From NCBI GenBank assembly GCA_964057225.1, contig OZ059898.1, forward strand, positions 15,314,001-15,378,000: a stretch of 64,000 nucleotides of DNA, given 5' to 3'. The notes beneath the pieces are model-generated. The model saw nothing but the letters and a program-made list of their open reading frames with translations, searched no databases and was not told where the DNA came from. Made by a program: the position numbers and the translations under genes. Positions within the stretch are counted from its first letter, which is position 1. Every line of letters begins with the position of its first letter. The DNA is from Auanema rhodensis (lineage: Eukaryota > Animalia > Nematoda). Below are positions 14,701 to 27,000 of the stretch, piece by piece.

Positions 14701-17700
14701 TTTTTTTGCCCATTTTGATAAAACAATTCTTTTTTCAATACTTGAATATACGAAAGCTATGCGATGAAGAGACTGGAGGAAGATTGTAAGACGAAGACAG
14801 TGGATGACAATCGTTGTTGAAATGTGTCTTTCTGATACAAAACGACTTGAAAACGGAGCGCTGAGGTAATAAAAGCGGAGGAGAACAGAGACTAAGGAGG
14901 GAAAGAGAGAAAGGGTTTGTAACGTTTGATTGGGTCGTCGTATGTGCCACCATATATATGGTTTCTAGTCTTGAGGCCTTTACGCATAGCTGTCTGAATG
15001 TCAGCATAGCAGAGATACATCATCAGACAAACTGAGAGGCAAAGAGAATATATATCTCATCGGCTTTCTATAAAGTTTATGTTGTTGTCAAGTTTTTGAA
15101 CCTCACACATACACACATCATCATATCCATATAGCAGCAGAGAGATATAACAGTGCAGGACGATGATAACGTTCTTTTCTTCTCGTGAGGGACATCCTGT
15201 CAATACGCATGAAGTAGTTGGTGACAAGCTCTCGTTCAAGTGTCATCATCATCATCATCATGATAGTGATAATCCAACACCTATCTGATCATCAGTACAT
15301 CAATATCCTGACCTTTCAATATATATTTTTCATTTTTGGCCTAACAACTATCCCTACTACTGTGTTGTTTTCTTCTTTTTATTTCTTCATCTCCATTTTA
15401 CCCCCCCCCCCTCTATCTCTTTTCCCCTTTTTAAGGGCATCCCGTTCTATAAATGCCAAGTGAAGGACATTACATATAGCTTGGTAAAATGGTTTTTAAA
15501 CTGTCTAATTGACGAGGAAATATCAAGATATGACCACGAATTGAAAAAGAAAAAAACGAGCAAAACCGACAGTTTACAGGTCGATTGATCATCATATCAG
15601 ATACAGACATGCATAGAGTAGGCTTATCACATGTCTTACCAGACATCAGAACGGATGAAAAAAAGATTTTTCGTTGCAAGACCGCAAGACTGTCTGTGTG
15701 TCTATAGGACTGTTATGCTTCATCACACGTCAGACAGTCAGTTTTCATTCATTCAAGTCACGAAAGCTTTTTCCTTATCAATTGGAAAAATTCATACGCT
15801 GATGACGAGATGGAAGAAGAAGTTAGAAGGGAAAAGAAGAATTCGTTTTCTCTTTGGTTGTTTCATCTACCAGTTTCCCTCTTCTATCTCCTCTATTCCC
15901 TTTTCTCTTACTGAGAGAGTCGAAATAAAAAGGTTCATCGGTTGTCACAGAGCAAATTTGTGTCTTCTGCTAAATTCTGTTGAGGAAGAGGATATGGAAA
16001 GTTGGTGAGCTGAAAGGTCAGACATCAAATAGCAAATAAGGAATACGAAACATCTGTCTTTTCTATCGACAATCATACTTTTCACTACTACGTAATGCAA
16101 CAATGTATTTCCCTTGAAATATAGTTGAATTCGGCTCTATTGGATGTGTGTAACTACATAACCTAGTAAGAAGGTTCAGTTGTTTGAGTAGAGGCTTCTA
16201 CGAGGTCAAACTTGTATGTAAGTTCAAGATGATACTGATGCAGTCGTTCTGTAAGATCCCCTCGTACAGCACAATGCTGTTGTCGTGACATTGTGACAGC
16301 ACAATCAGATGTGTCAGGTACAGGCTACTGCTGATGCTGCTGTTGTGTAGTATGCAGATTGAGTAAATATAGCACACACCAGGAGATTCGTTTCCTTTCT
16401 TACTTTTCTTTTTCGGCTTTTCCTCGCATGTGTCTCAATCCCCCCTCTCCCTTCCATCTCTCTGCACCTTCGTCCACATACACATGAACAAGCAGACATA
16501 TCCCATACAAACAGCGGCAAAACTGCCTTTGATAACTAGGATGACCGTTGCCGATGAAGTAAGCTGAGAATTCATTGATTTGAGAGATATTGAATATCAT
16601 TGAATGGTATGTAGCTACGGCGATGAAAAGGTGCGAATAGGAGTGAGAGAACAGACACATAGAGGGAAAGATAAAAGGCAGAAGCTCAGAATATGCTTTA
16701 AGTCATCAAGCTTTCTTGACACGCCTGAACAATTTGGTTAAATAAAGGTCTGATGAGATTAATATGCAGAGTATATAGCTCATTTTCTCCTTTTTTACAA
16801 TCTGATTGCAATATTTTCCATGGATTTTGTTAACAAAAATGTAAAAATAGAAATGTTTCAAGCATATGCTGGCACAATGCTTACAGATTTCAACTCGTTA
16901 CTCTGCTTTAAGAAGTGAAAAGAGCAAAAAAACGTATTTTAAGATGAGAGAGAGACAGCTCTCGTGCTCCGCATGTTGAAAGAACATCTAGTACATTCAG
17001 CTGCTCAGAAATACGTTTCGGTGTTTCAGTTATTTCCTCCTCATCATCATAACCAGCTACAACGCACATGCAGTTGACGTCTGCTGTTTCCCAGAAGTGA
17101 ATTTTTCGTTTTTTTCCCCTCAAAATGCTTGAAAAGTGTAACAATGAAGTCAAAATGATGAGCATAAACATAACGATTAGGAAGCAGGATATAGAAGATG
17201 GCGTATAAACAACCAAAATAAGTATTCTGTTGTTAATTCCATCACTTAGATCATCAGACTCATGTTGAGTTTTACGTGAGTTTTTCCCCAAAAAATAGTC
17301 CTTCAGCAGGTTTTTCAGTATCTTCATGGCCATACAACACATAAAATCTAGAAAATCATCCCTTGCTCTATGAACTTCATCAAATTTTCTTTCAGGCAGC
17401 AGGAACAAGGAAAGAAACTACTTAACGTCGGCATTGATGACGTATCGTGCGAGTTAACTCGGCGCTAGTGAGCTATCAACATTTATTCTGTTGTTACTCC
17501 ATCGGTCATCTTGATTACAAACCTATAGCCATGGTTTGTATGAGGTCCACCAGATTAGGCTTAACCGATTTCTCTTTTGGCCTTTTCCGAGTAATTAGAG
17601 CTGTTCACGTACGTGAAACCCAATGCAGCCGGTCATTTACGCAAATTGATTGCCGAGAGAATAGTAGGAAGAAGATATATGAACTGAAGCTGTGCTGGAC

Positions 17701-19416
17701 CATGGGAGAGATGGAGCTGTATAGCTCTTCAAACCAGTTGCTATCCCGGATCACATGAGACTGGGTCACGGTCAAGCCATGAATGGATATACAACGGAGA
17801 ACGAATACGTATGAGATCCGAGAAGAGAAAAAGAGGAGTAGTAAAGCATAATTAAAGTTTCAAATGTGTAGAAGCCTAGAGTGGCCTTTCAGCTACACGC
17901 GCATCAATTGTGGAAACGAAGGATAGAATTGGGAGGAAGAAACTAAGAAAATGAATCGACAAGCTGGCACTGACGTTGCAAGGGGAAGCTGGTTAACTAG
18001 GCTGGCCGGCTGGCAGACTGGCTGGCTTGCACGCTGTGATTGGAACGTACAAACATACTCGAAACGTAAAACTTCTAGTGAAGCAGAAATGCAACCGACT
18101 CTCTTCATTGGCACAAACAGCCAAAATGAAAACAGCTGCAAGTGTCAGATTCGTTTATTCAAGTGTATAACACGTGAGTCACGTGTAATTAACATATTAT
18201 ATGACCTCTGTGTAAACAAGTATGTTTCTGGACCGTTTGTTTCATGAAGCATACTGTTAGCCATGTGTTTGTAACCTCTCAACATACGATTATGCGCATA
18301 CCATTTGGCATAAATGATTGTTCAGCAAGAAACTATAACAGAATTATTAGAAAACTATTCTGATAATCTTTGTTGAAATACATTTTGAACCAACAAGCCT
18401 GAAGACACATTGGATTCGCAGTCGGTTGGGGAGGAGGTTCAATCAAAGCAAGCCGAGATCATCAGTCTTGGTCAACTTAAATGCAAGTTGGATAGAGATG
18501 AAGCGATGAGGCAAACGGCTACGAGTCACTGAATATCAAAAAAAGCCAAAGCAATTGCTTAGCATTCCAGCCTCCTCTTCATCTTTCCTCGTCAGACCAC
18601 ATACGCACACATCATGAGCATGGCTTAGAAACATTGAGTAGGCGGATTTCCCAATGAAAAAAGGGCGGCAAAAAACTGCTGGTAAATGAGAAACACATGA
18701 ACTTGAGAGCATTGACAGCAGCTACATGCGTTTCCCTCCATTCTGAAGCAGCAGCATGGCTCAAAGTTGAACTTGCAAGCACATTTACATAGTCTGGGAA
18801 GCTTTTTTTTTGTGTCGGAAACGGATTCGCTATTCCGGAAAGAGACTACTGACTTTCATGATTTTGGCTCTTCGGGAGCACATTCCGTCCTCATTTGCTC
18901 GTCAGAGTTTCGTGCGTTTTTTCGAGCTCAAAATAGAGAAATAGATGAGCTTAACTGCTCAAGCTGACTGATGACGGCTCAATAGTGAATAGTGTGAGCC
19001 AGGCAAAGAGCAATAGGAGCAGTAAGAGAGCAGTAACCGGAAAAGCTTATCGCAAAATGGGCCCTGAAGGCACGAAGGAGTGAAATGATTGAAACAAATC
19101 GAAGTACATATGGCATGAACTAAATGTCTGAAACTTGGCTTCATGTGTACGAAGATCAGTGATGGGGGGAGGGTGGGTGGCTGGGTTTCAGTGTGGGTGT
19201 GGACGAAGTAGTCTCAGACTATATTTGCTTTTGAAATTCAAAATAATGTTTATTGAATTAAGAGAAAACTATAGAATATGTCTCTTAATAATAATGAATT
19301 GAATGAAGAAATCTATCCACCAGGAGAAAGAAGAAGGAGGAAGAACTACTAGATAGGACACCTTCACTATCTTTCTTCTTCATTCATGAGACTTTTTTTT
19401 CAGAAAATAAAAGATA

Positions 19417-19451
<35 letters not shown>

Positions 19452-22400
19452 AACAGAGGGAGAGAAAGAAAACAATGAAAACAAGAGGTAAACTCGAGAA
19501 AATATGAGATTGGAATGAGAAAGAGATTGTATGAAGTTGAGAGAAAAATAGATGAATGAAATGAAAGATGAGGTATCAAAATGACATATGAGATGCGAAA
19601 AGAAAAAAAAACTCAATCATGTTTTGTGAATCAGAAGTAAATTTCGTCGAATGTTGATTTGTATTGATACTACTACATGAAACCAATTATCATTTTCTTT
19701 TCATTTTATGCTTCTTTTAGACGAAAAAGAAAATCGAAATGATTATACGTATAATATAATTTTCCTGAAAACTGGAAAATTTGGTTAAAAACGAAAAAAA
19801 AGAAAAGAAAATTGAGTAAATGATAATAAAATTATAATAATAGTGTATTGAAAACACAAAAAATGGGAAAGAGAGAGAGAGAGAGAGAAAGAAGAAGAGT
19901 AAAGGTAAAGGTAAAGAGAGACAGGCAACTACATATAGAGAGAGGGAGAGAGATTACGTCAAAATACAGGAAAAACCTAGCATTACATCATCAAAATGAA
20001 CAAATTGAATAGTTGATGATGTTGTGTAGTCATCAAACTACAAGTAAAAAAGTCGAAAAAATAGCCAAAGGTCTAGATTTTTGAAGGCAAAATGGCTATA
20101 ACTACGATTTCATCAAATGAAAAAGTCCAAAAAATAATTGAAAAAGTGACAAAAATACGAAAAACATAATGAAAATAAAGAAAATGAAGCGTACCTTTGG
20201 TTTGGGCCGAACATTCTTGAGTATGGACGGCTCGTCAATCGAGTGACCATCAGCTTCAACGCTTCTGTAACATGACGTAAGTAGAATAGTGAATACTAGA
20301 ATAGTGGCAGTTAATCGTCCCGGTGCTATCAGCTTTTCAACGACGAGCATCATGAATCTCCTTCGGATTTTAAGAGGGAGGAGAAGATAGTTGAGAGTTG
20401 AATCTTTGTAATTTCATATGTTAGAAAGATATTTTAATCTTATTTCAACGATAAATCAAAGTAATTAACATCAAAAATTTAAAAAAAAGGAAAAAAAGAA
20501 AAAACCGACGAATATGCACGCATGCGGCTTACTTAACGGGAAGCAACGTCCGATTTGTTGCCGACGGCGCCAGTCATAGTCACGCCCATCCCTTGGCCCC
20601 GCCTCCTTCCAAGTAGAAGGGAAAAGAACATAACGTGAGAGTTCATAGGAAAATAAGAGAGATTAGACAAAGAGAGAAAGATATATGCAGGTAAATTAAT
20701 TAAAATGACTGATACTTGAAGGTAAGTAAGAAGATTTAATGAATAAAGAAGAATAGGGAAATATGAGTTATTCAACATTCAAGAGGCATAATTTTCCTTT
20801 TTTCATCAAAAACAAAAAGAAAAGATGTAAAGTTAAAATGTTTCATCAATAGTTTGAATAATTCTAAATCTCAATATTAAACTAAAAAATATATGAAACG
20901 CATGAAACTAGTTTTGAAATAATTGTAAAAATTTGAAATACGTGATTTAGTTGAGCGTTAATTATTGAAATTTACAATTAAATTTTATTAATTTTCATGA
21001 TTTTACAATGAAAACAAATATTTTGTAAAGCTTTTTCTTTTGGATAAAAAACTTTTTTTTTCAAAATAAAAGGTAGAGGAATGAATTGGAAGTAGTAGCT
21101 AAACAGGTAGGATGGAGAAAAAGGTGAAGAAGGTGGGTGGATTGATGAGAAAGAGAGAGAGAGAGAGAACCAGAGAGAGAGTAGATAGATAGATGATGGC
21201 AGTTTTCTGTGGTTTCGCGTTTTATTTTCGCAGTTGGTGGCCTTTTTGCCCTTTAGAAGCCAAAAAATTTGTATTTGTTTTCATAATGAACGTTTGAATT
21301 GAATTCAAAAATAGAAATTAGAAATACAAGAAATGAACATTTGACGAGAAACTGCAGATTTAGACGGATATAACAGATAGATTTGAAAGATTTTTTGTTG
21401 TTTTTTAGTTAATTTTTGTTGTTGAAAGAAGAGGTCGTAGGATGAGGAAGAAGAAGAAGAAGAAAAAAAGATGAAGAGTTCTATCAATAGTTTTGATAAT
21501 CAATAGTGTGTTGAAGATGAAGATGAAGGAAAAACGATGATAATGATGATGAAGAAGACGATGATGATGTGAGCAGAGATGGTACAGCCATTTTGAATTT
21601 AAAATTTCACAAGGTTAGTAAATTTTCCAGTGATATATTGACTTGAAAACATGATTTGTTGTTGATTTGTCGATAAATAAAAAGAGAAAATGTTTTGATT
21701 GAAAAAGAATAGCCCCTTGTGCTTAGAAGATTACAAGCCTGATTGCTAAATGTCACATTCATTCAGCTCGTTGTTTCTTAGATAATAATTGAAGAAGAAG
21801 ATTATGATGAATCTTGATATTAGTTTTTAAGATTAAAGAATACTAAATCTATCTTGTTATTGAGGAAGATTCGGCTTCTCATTTCTTGGGTTATTTCAGT
21901 AAATTAGAGAGTTCAATACATACATATCTCATGTACTGATGACAATCTTTTGACATCTCCTTATAAGGTCAACTTTGGCATGTTGAATGAAAATTGAAAG
22001 AAAGAAGATATCAAAGAACATGAATTTCTTAAGTTTATATGATCTAGTTAGCTATATATAGAATAAAAGAAATAGTTGTTAGATGAAGAATTCACACGTA
22101 TAGTTAACATAATATACTATAATTATGGCAATGAAGGACATGTTGCATCACGCAATCGGCCTATCGTGATGGTATTTCATCGAATAGCGGATGGGCTCGC
22201 TAACTAATACAAAGTATCTTCTTAGGATGTTACATTGCTTTTTGGGATCTCTCGTAATCTCACTCTCTCTCTCTTTCTCTCCCTCTTAGTAGATTGATCT
22301 CTTTGATCATTTCTCTTAAGAACTTTCGAGGAAGAATTCTTAGTTCAAGTATATACATATGACTCGAGAGCATAAACTGTTATGACTATGATCACCAAGC

Positions 22401-25400
22401 TGCATCAAAGCCAACTAATTTCCTTCTTTTTCAAATGGCATCAACGAATCAGATAGCAAGTCAATTTCTCTATGATTATTTCCTTTATTGCTTATCTTTC
22501 GCTTAAAACTCATAGATAGATCTCTCTTTCTCTCTCTCTCTCTGATTTCCTGTTCAGATTTTCTATAAATCAAGTGAGTTCATGAGCTTGATGGTAATCT
22601 GCACATGCGCTCTATTGACCGGAATCTACACCAATTTGCGCGAAAATCCGTTTTTCAACTCAACTCTCCCTATTTCCCTGCTGAATCGACTTCAAAATAG
22701 GAATTTTCAAACAAAAGATTCGCAGATACTACATGTTGTCGTCGCATAGCAAGCCGTATTGTCTTTAATTCTTCTTTTTCTTTTTATTTGTGGACGAGTA
22801 TGACTGCCAATGAAGAGGGAAACAGATATATACCTGATTATGTTTGTTCCATTCCAACAAAAATTTTCCGTTGATGGATCAGAGCAAACTCCTTCCGCTA
22901 CAATCCTCCAATGACCATTGTAGTCGTTTAACTGTAATTAGCATTGAGGGTCAATCTCGTTTGTAGTTAAATCCTCTCTAAACCTGACTAATCATCGTTT
23001 CTAGACGACGCGGCACAGATTTAGGTGCATGATTTGGCATAGGCGAAGCTTTTGTGGCGACGAATTGTCCGTTCGCTTCAGATGGTAAGGTTCCACAATG
23101 CCCAACAACATTACGAGCAAGATCTGGAGATGTGACTTCAACAAGCCGACGTAAATCATTCAATAGTCCTCGACGAATCTAGAAAAATTCAAACAATATA
23201 AGATTGAAACAAGAGAATACAGTATTACCACATTGAATCCATCATCAAATAAGCGATTTAATCGAGTTAAAGCAAAAATATGCTGATCAAATTGAGTATT
23301 GAGTTCTGAGAAACAATCATAACTAACTTGATTACAAGAAGTTCTGTAATACTGGGCTATAACATCATTCTCATCTCAACTATCATACCGGCAATATCCC
23401 ATCCGATCTGCTATACAACTTTCACAATTTGTAATTCTTGTATAGTTTCTGGAGCAACCAGAAGATAACTTTGATTCTGATTCAATGAGAAGAGTTTGAA
23501 GAGCCATTAATCGGCTTTCAATTAATTGGTAATGTTCAATTGTATTGGCTAAGCTGAAAATCAAATTTAAAAAAAATAAAAAGGTTAAGGAAATCTCTCT
23601 CTTCTCTCTCTCGCTGTTAAAACTTGAACACAAACCTTTTTGCAATTGAAATTTTCTCTTTTCCAAAATATGAATGCCATTTAGATGAATGATGATGCAT
23701 ACATTCAGTATATGAAGTTAATGCTGAAACACATTCACCCATTGTTAAACAAAGAAATGTTGATGGTAATATATCCGAATAGAAATCATGTAAATATTCT
23801 GTAAGATGCCTGTTACGATCTGAAGTTGTCATCTGAAAATTTATTTTAAAAAAGATTATTTTGAAGAAAAATTTAATTTGTTTTTTTTTGACAAAAAAAG
23901 CATAAAGTTTATATTAAAAGCTGGAATTTTAGATATTTTGCTTAAAATAAAATGAAAAAAAGTCAAAAAATACCTTAGTCGAATGCATAATATCTTCAAT
24001 TTTTTGAATTAATTGATGAAAATGCTGTTGAAAATCAGTATGTGTTATAAGCATTCCATATCGAGATTTCAAATGATTTATAACATCAAAACGTGTTCGT
24101 TCTAATAAATAATATTTTTCACCTTAATTATATTCATATAATTAAGGAATATATAGAATAATTACTTACGATCAGCTTGATATATCATATCACGTATTCT
24201 TGGTAACATCTTCAATGATGTTATCTTTGTTACTAATTTCAAATGATCTTCTGAATTCTTTATATTGTTTTCTGTTAAACAATCACAATGTGGATGTGAA
24301 GTTATTGTCTAAAATATTATAATTATGCTAATTATATTAATTAGAATATTCAAATTTTTTTTGTTCACGTTTTACGTGTAAAATTTTTTTCATTGAACCT
24401 ATACATTTCATTGAGAACGGTTGGTTTCAAATTTAATTGTCAACTAATAGAAATTTCATTAAAATTTTTATTTTATTTCCGAAAATCCGTTTTCAATTTA
24501 TCTGCTATTTACGTTAAACTCGACTTTTATAATCAAATACTTTATTAATTTCCTTAATTTATATATTTGAAGCTTTGATCTGTGTTGAAATTACAAAAAT
24601 AGCTTCAAATATCAAATATAACAAGGTGATTGTGATCCGGAAGTTGCAATAGCCTCATCAAAAAGGTTTTGCAGCTTCAAATCGTTTTGATGTTAGCCGT
24701 GAATAGCTTCAAAATCATATTCATAACCCCTGGATTCATATAATTCAGATGAATGATGAACGGAATAATATGTTTTAGATGATGATATGGCCACAGGTTA
24801 ATCCAGCAGTAGTCATCCACTCTTGATGTGCTGACATGACATTTGCCGATAGGAAAATGATCATATTAGCATGAGATTGAAGTTGTATTGCTAACAGCAT
24901 TGTCAGTTATTGTTTATAATAATAAGAGTTACAACTATATTTCATGTATTTAGATTAGAAGAACAAAAGAAAATTGTTTTTCTTTCTTTTCTCTTTTTTT
25001 TTGTTTTTTTTTTTGAATAATGAAAAAAATATATTCAAACAATATTAACGAAAAATTGGTTTTAAAACTACGAAATAATGAATTGAATAATTGAAATTGA
25101 TGAAGAAAGAGGGTGGATCTCAAATAATAAAAAGAGAGATAGAGGAATAGTGAGAGAGAGAGAACGAGAGAGAGAAATGAAAGTGAATATAGTATCATGA
25201 TAGCTAAACAGCTAACCGGAAATGTTAGAGATAAGCGGAAATTGAACTAGAAAAATCATTTCCGATCCCTGTATTCGGTTATATTTTCAAACTCGGGGAC
25301 GATAATGGGGTGATGATGATGATGATGATGTTCAGACACCATGTACAGTCTTTTCGACAAGCTGTCACTGATTGATAAGTTATGGATGACGGAATATGAG

Positions 25401-26970
25401 CCGGATGTACAGACAGAAATAGATGATCACTATGTGATTTCATTATGAAGATTATACTGCTAGATATAGTTAAATTAATTGAAAAATAGTTATTTTGAAG
25501 ATGATATACATCTTGAACTCTTCAGATGTTCTATACTCCAGAATTGAAAAAATAGAAAGACGACCAGGAAGTGCAATAGCTATTGGATTCCTTAAATCTC
25601 ATGGGAAACAAGAAAAGAAAAAACCTATGAGAGGAAGAAATATTTATTAATTCTACTTATTAGTAGAATTGCAAAGTAGAGCAACGGGGATATAGGGGTA
25701 GGGACACGTGAAAGCATACAGCTTACAGCATGAGATTGCACTCAAAACTTATTGATCTCTGATGATCATTTTGACAGAAGATGATGCTTTATGAATGAAA
25801 TTCTTGTCAGTCTGATCGTACCAGCCACCCTCCTGGATAACAAATGAGAGTCCGACGAGTAACACAGAAAGAATTTAGAAATGATAGAATAGCGGCTAGG
25901 TCTTTGATTTCCTTAGCCAGCACCTCATTAATATTATCAGAAACGACTACGTGCTGTCGATTGTGAAGGCATCGTTTTGGCTATTGTGTCATCGTTTCCA
26001 GATGGAAGATTAATCGTTTAGAAATCGACGAATACGAACGTTTCTCAATGCTGAAGTTGGTCATGTCTCAGACATGGCGCTCGAGTAATGATGGTTAGAG
26101 CTGGCGTAAGGAGTGGTACATGAAGCTGTGAATCTACCGTAATGCTTTAATAGAAGTTTTTTTTCTGAAGAACCAAATGAAAAAAAAGAACAAAGAATTG
26201 GAAATTATTTTAGATTTTTCGAAACAAAAAAAAAATAAAAGAAAGTCATAAATCAAATTGTAAGTTTGTGAGAATAAGAGAAAAGTTGCAAAAAAAACCT
26301 CCAATTGATGACCTTTTCTGTTCTTTTTGATTTCAAACATACTTCTAACTGATTTCTGAGCCTTGCTGTTCCGCAAACGCAGTTTTTTTCAATGAAAAAA
26401 CGAGGGAATTCCCAAGAATTAGGACAAAAATCAGCATTTTTTGAATTGTATTGTTCAATTTTTGAATCTTTTTTCTATTAAATAAGAAGAAGGAATAGAT
26501 GGTGAAGGACCACAGAGCCAGTTGTGCGAAGAGGGCGACGATGTCACTCTGTTTACACAGGATAAGATTTAAGATTGCTCATTAAAGGTGACTGATACTC
26601 TTGATATTAACAAAAAATTTAGAGAAAGAGCTTAAGTCAAATGAAAGTTTCATTGAAATATCCAATGTGATATGTGGTGGAATAAGAAGTAGAAAGAGAG
26701 AATAAGAAAGCTGATGTTTAGGCTAGAACAAACGATAAGGTTGTAGGCTGTAACAGGTTGCAGGTGGAAGATTGCCTGATGAAGATTGATATTAAACATG
26801 AAAACTGAGAATATGTGATGAGGAAGTTGTATAAAATGAAGAAAATTACAAGAAATATTAGTTTTTTTTAAATTTGAAAATTGAATTGAAAAGTAAATAT
26901 AAGATTAACATACGATTGGAAAGAAGAAGAGAACTATCAGTAGAGATAGACGATGTAAATGACCAATCAT
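8729..26970 (-). CDS. lon-2: Glypican (GPI-anchored heparan sulfate proteoglycan), LON-2 ortholog, 477 aa, 11 exons
   Basis: Exons with GT-AG borders, phases consistent, 1434 nt in total: 26970-26914, 24308-24170, 24101-23974, 23832-23636, 23553-23389, 23343-23229, 23178-22984, 22931-22834, 20264-20195, 9098-8957, 8856-8729. The protein has a signal peptide (MIGHLHRLSLLIVLFFFPI) and exactly 14 Cys in the core (HCDC, FLCLTMGEC, ECM, GCS, NCESC, YCRTSC, DCF, HCG, VCS, FCWNGT). It also has an acidic Ser-Gly cluster (EGSASPWLDDEDFAGSGNGSG) and a hydrophobic GPI tail (LGYLSSIIVLIVLHHLA*). The FLCL.GxC, VRPK and EGSASP motifs match C. elegans LON-2 as recalled, rather than GPN-1. Confidence 0.92.
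20528..20606 (-). promoter_or_regulatory. Candidate internal promoter in lon-2 intron 8 (GC boxes plus GGCGCC)
   Basis: GC-rich island in AT-rich intron. On the minus strand it reads GGAGGCGGGGCC (20606-20595, Sp/KLF box), GGGCGTG (20587-20581), GGCGCC (20571-20566), then a GTAAG donor (20532-20528). It lies about 200 bp upstream of an in-frame ATG-ATG at 20353. Confidence 0.45.
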
Positions 26971-26992
26971 TATATATATTATGATTATATTA

Positions 26993-27000
26993 TCTGAAAT
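26993..27000 (-). promoter_or_regulatory. Probable SL trans-splice acceptor (ATTTCAG) 23 nt upstream of the lon-2 ATG
   Basis: Consensus nematode 3' splice site with no upstream coding exon needed, since the signal peptide starts at the next ATG. Confidence 0.6.

Noticed and set aside
11320-19144. Numerous 60-166 aa ORFs inside the large lon-2 intron as a nested gene or horizontally acquired island
   Set aside because: No recognisable domains or consistent splice chain; ORF density is explained by higher GC.
22932-23388. Apparent in-frame stop codons in the glypican frame (YCRYDS*, SQV*) suggesting readthrough or recoding
   Set aside because: Both fall in short GT-AG introns (23388-23344 and 22983-22932); splicing restores the frame and the Cys pattern.
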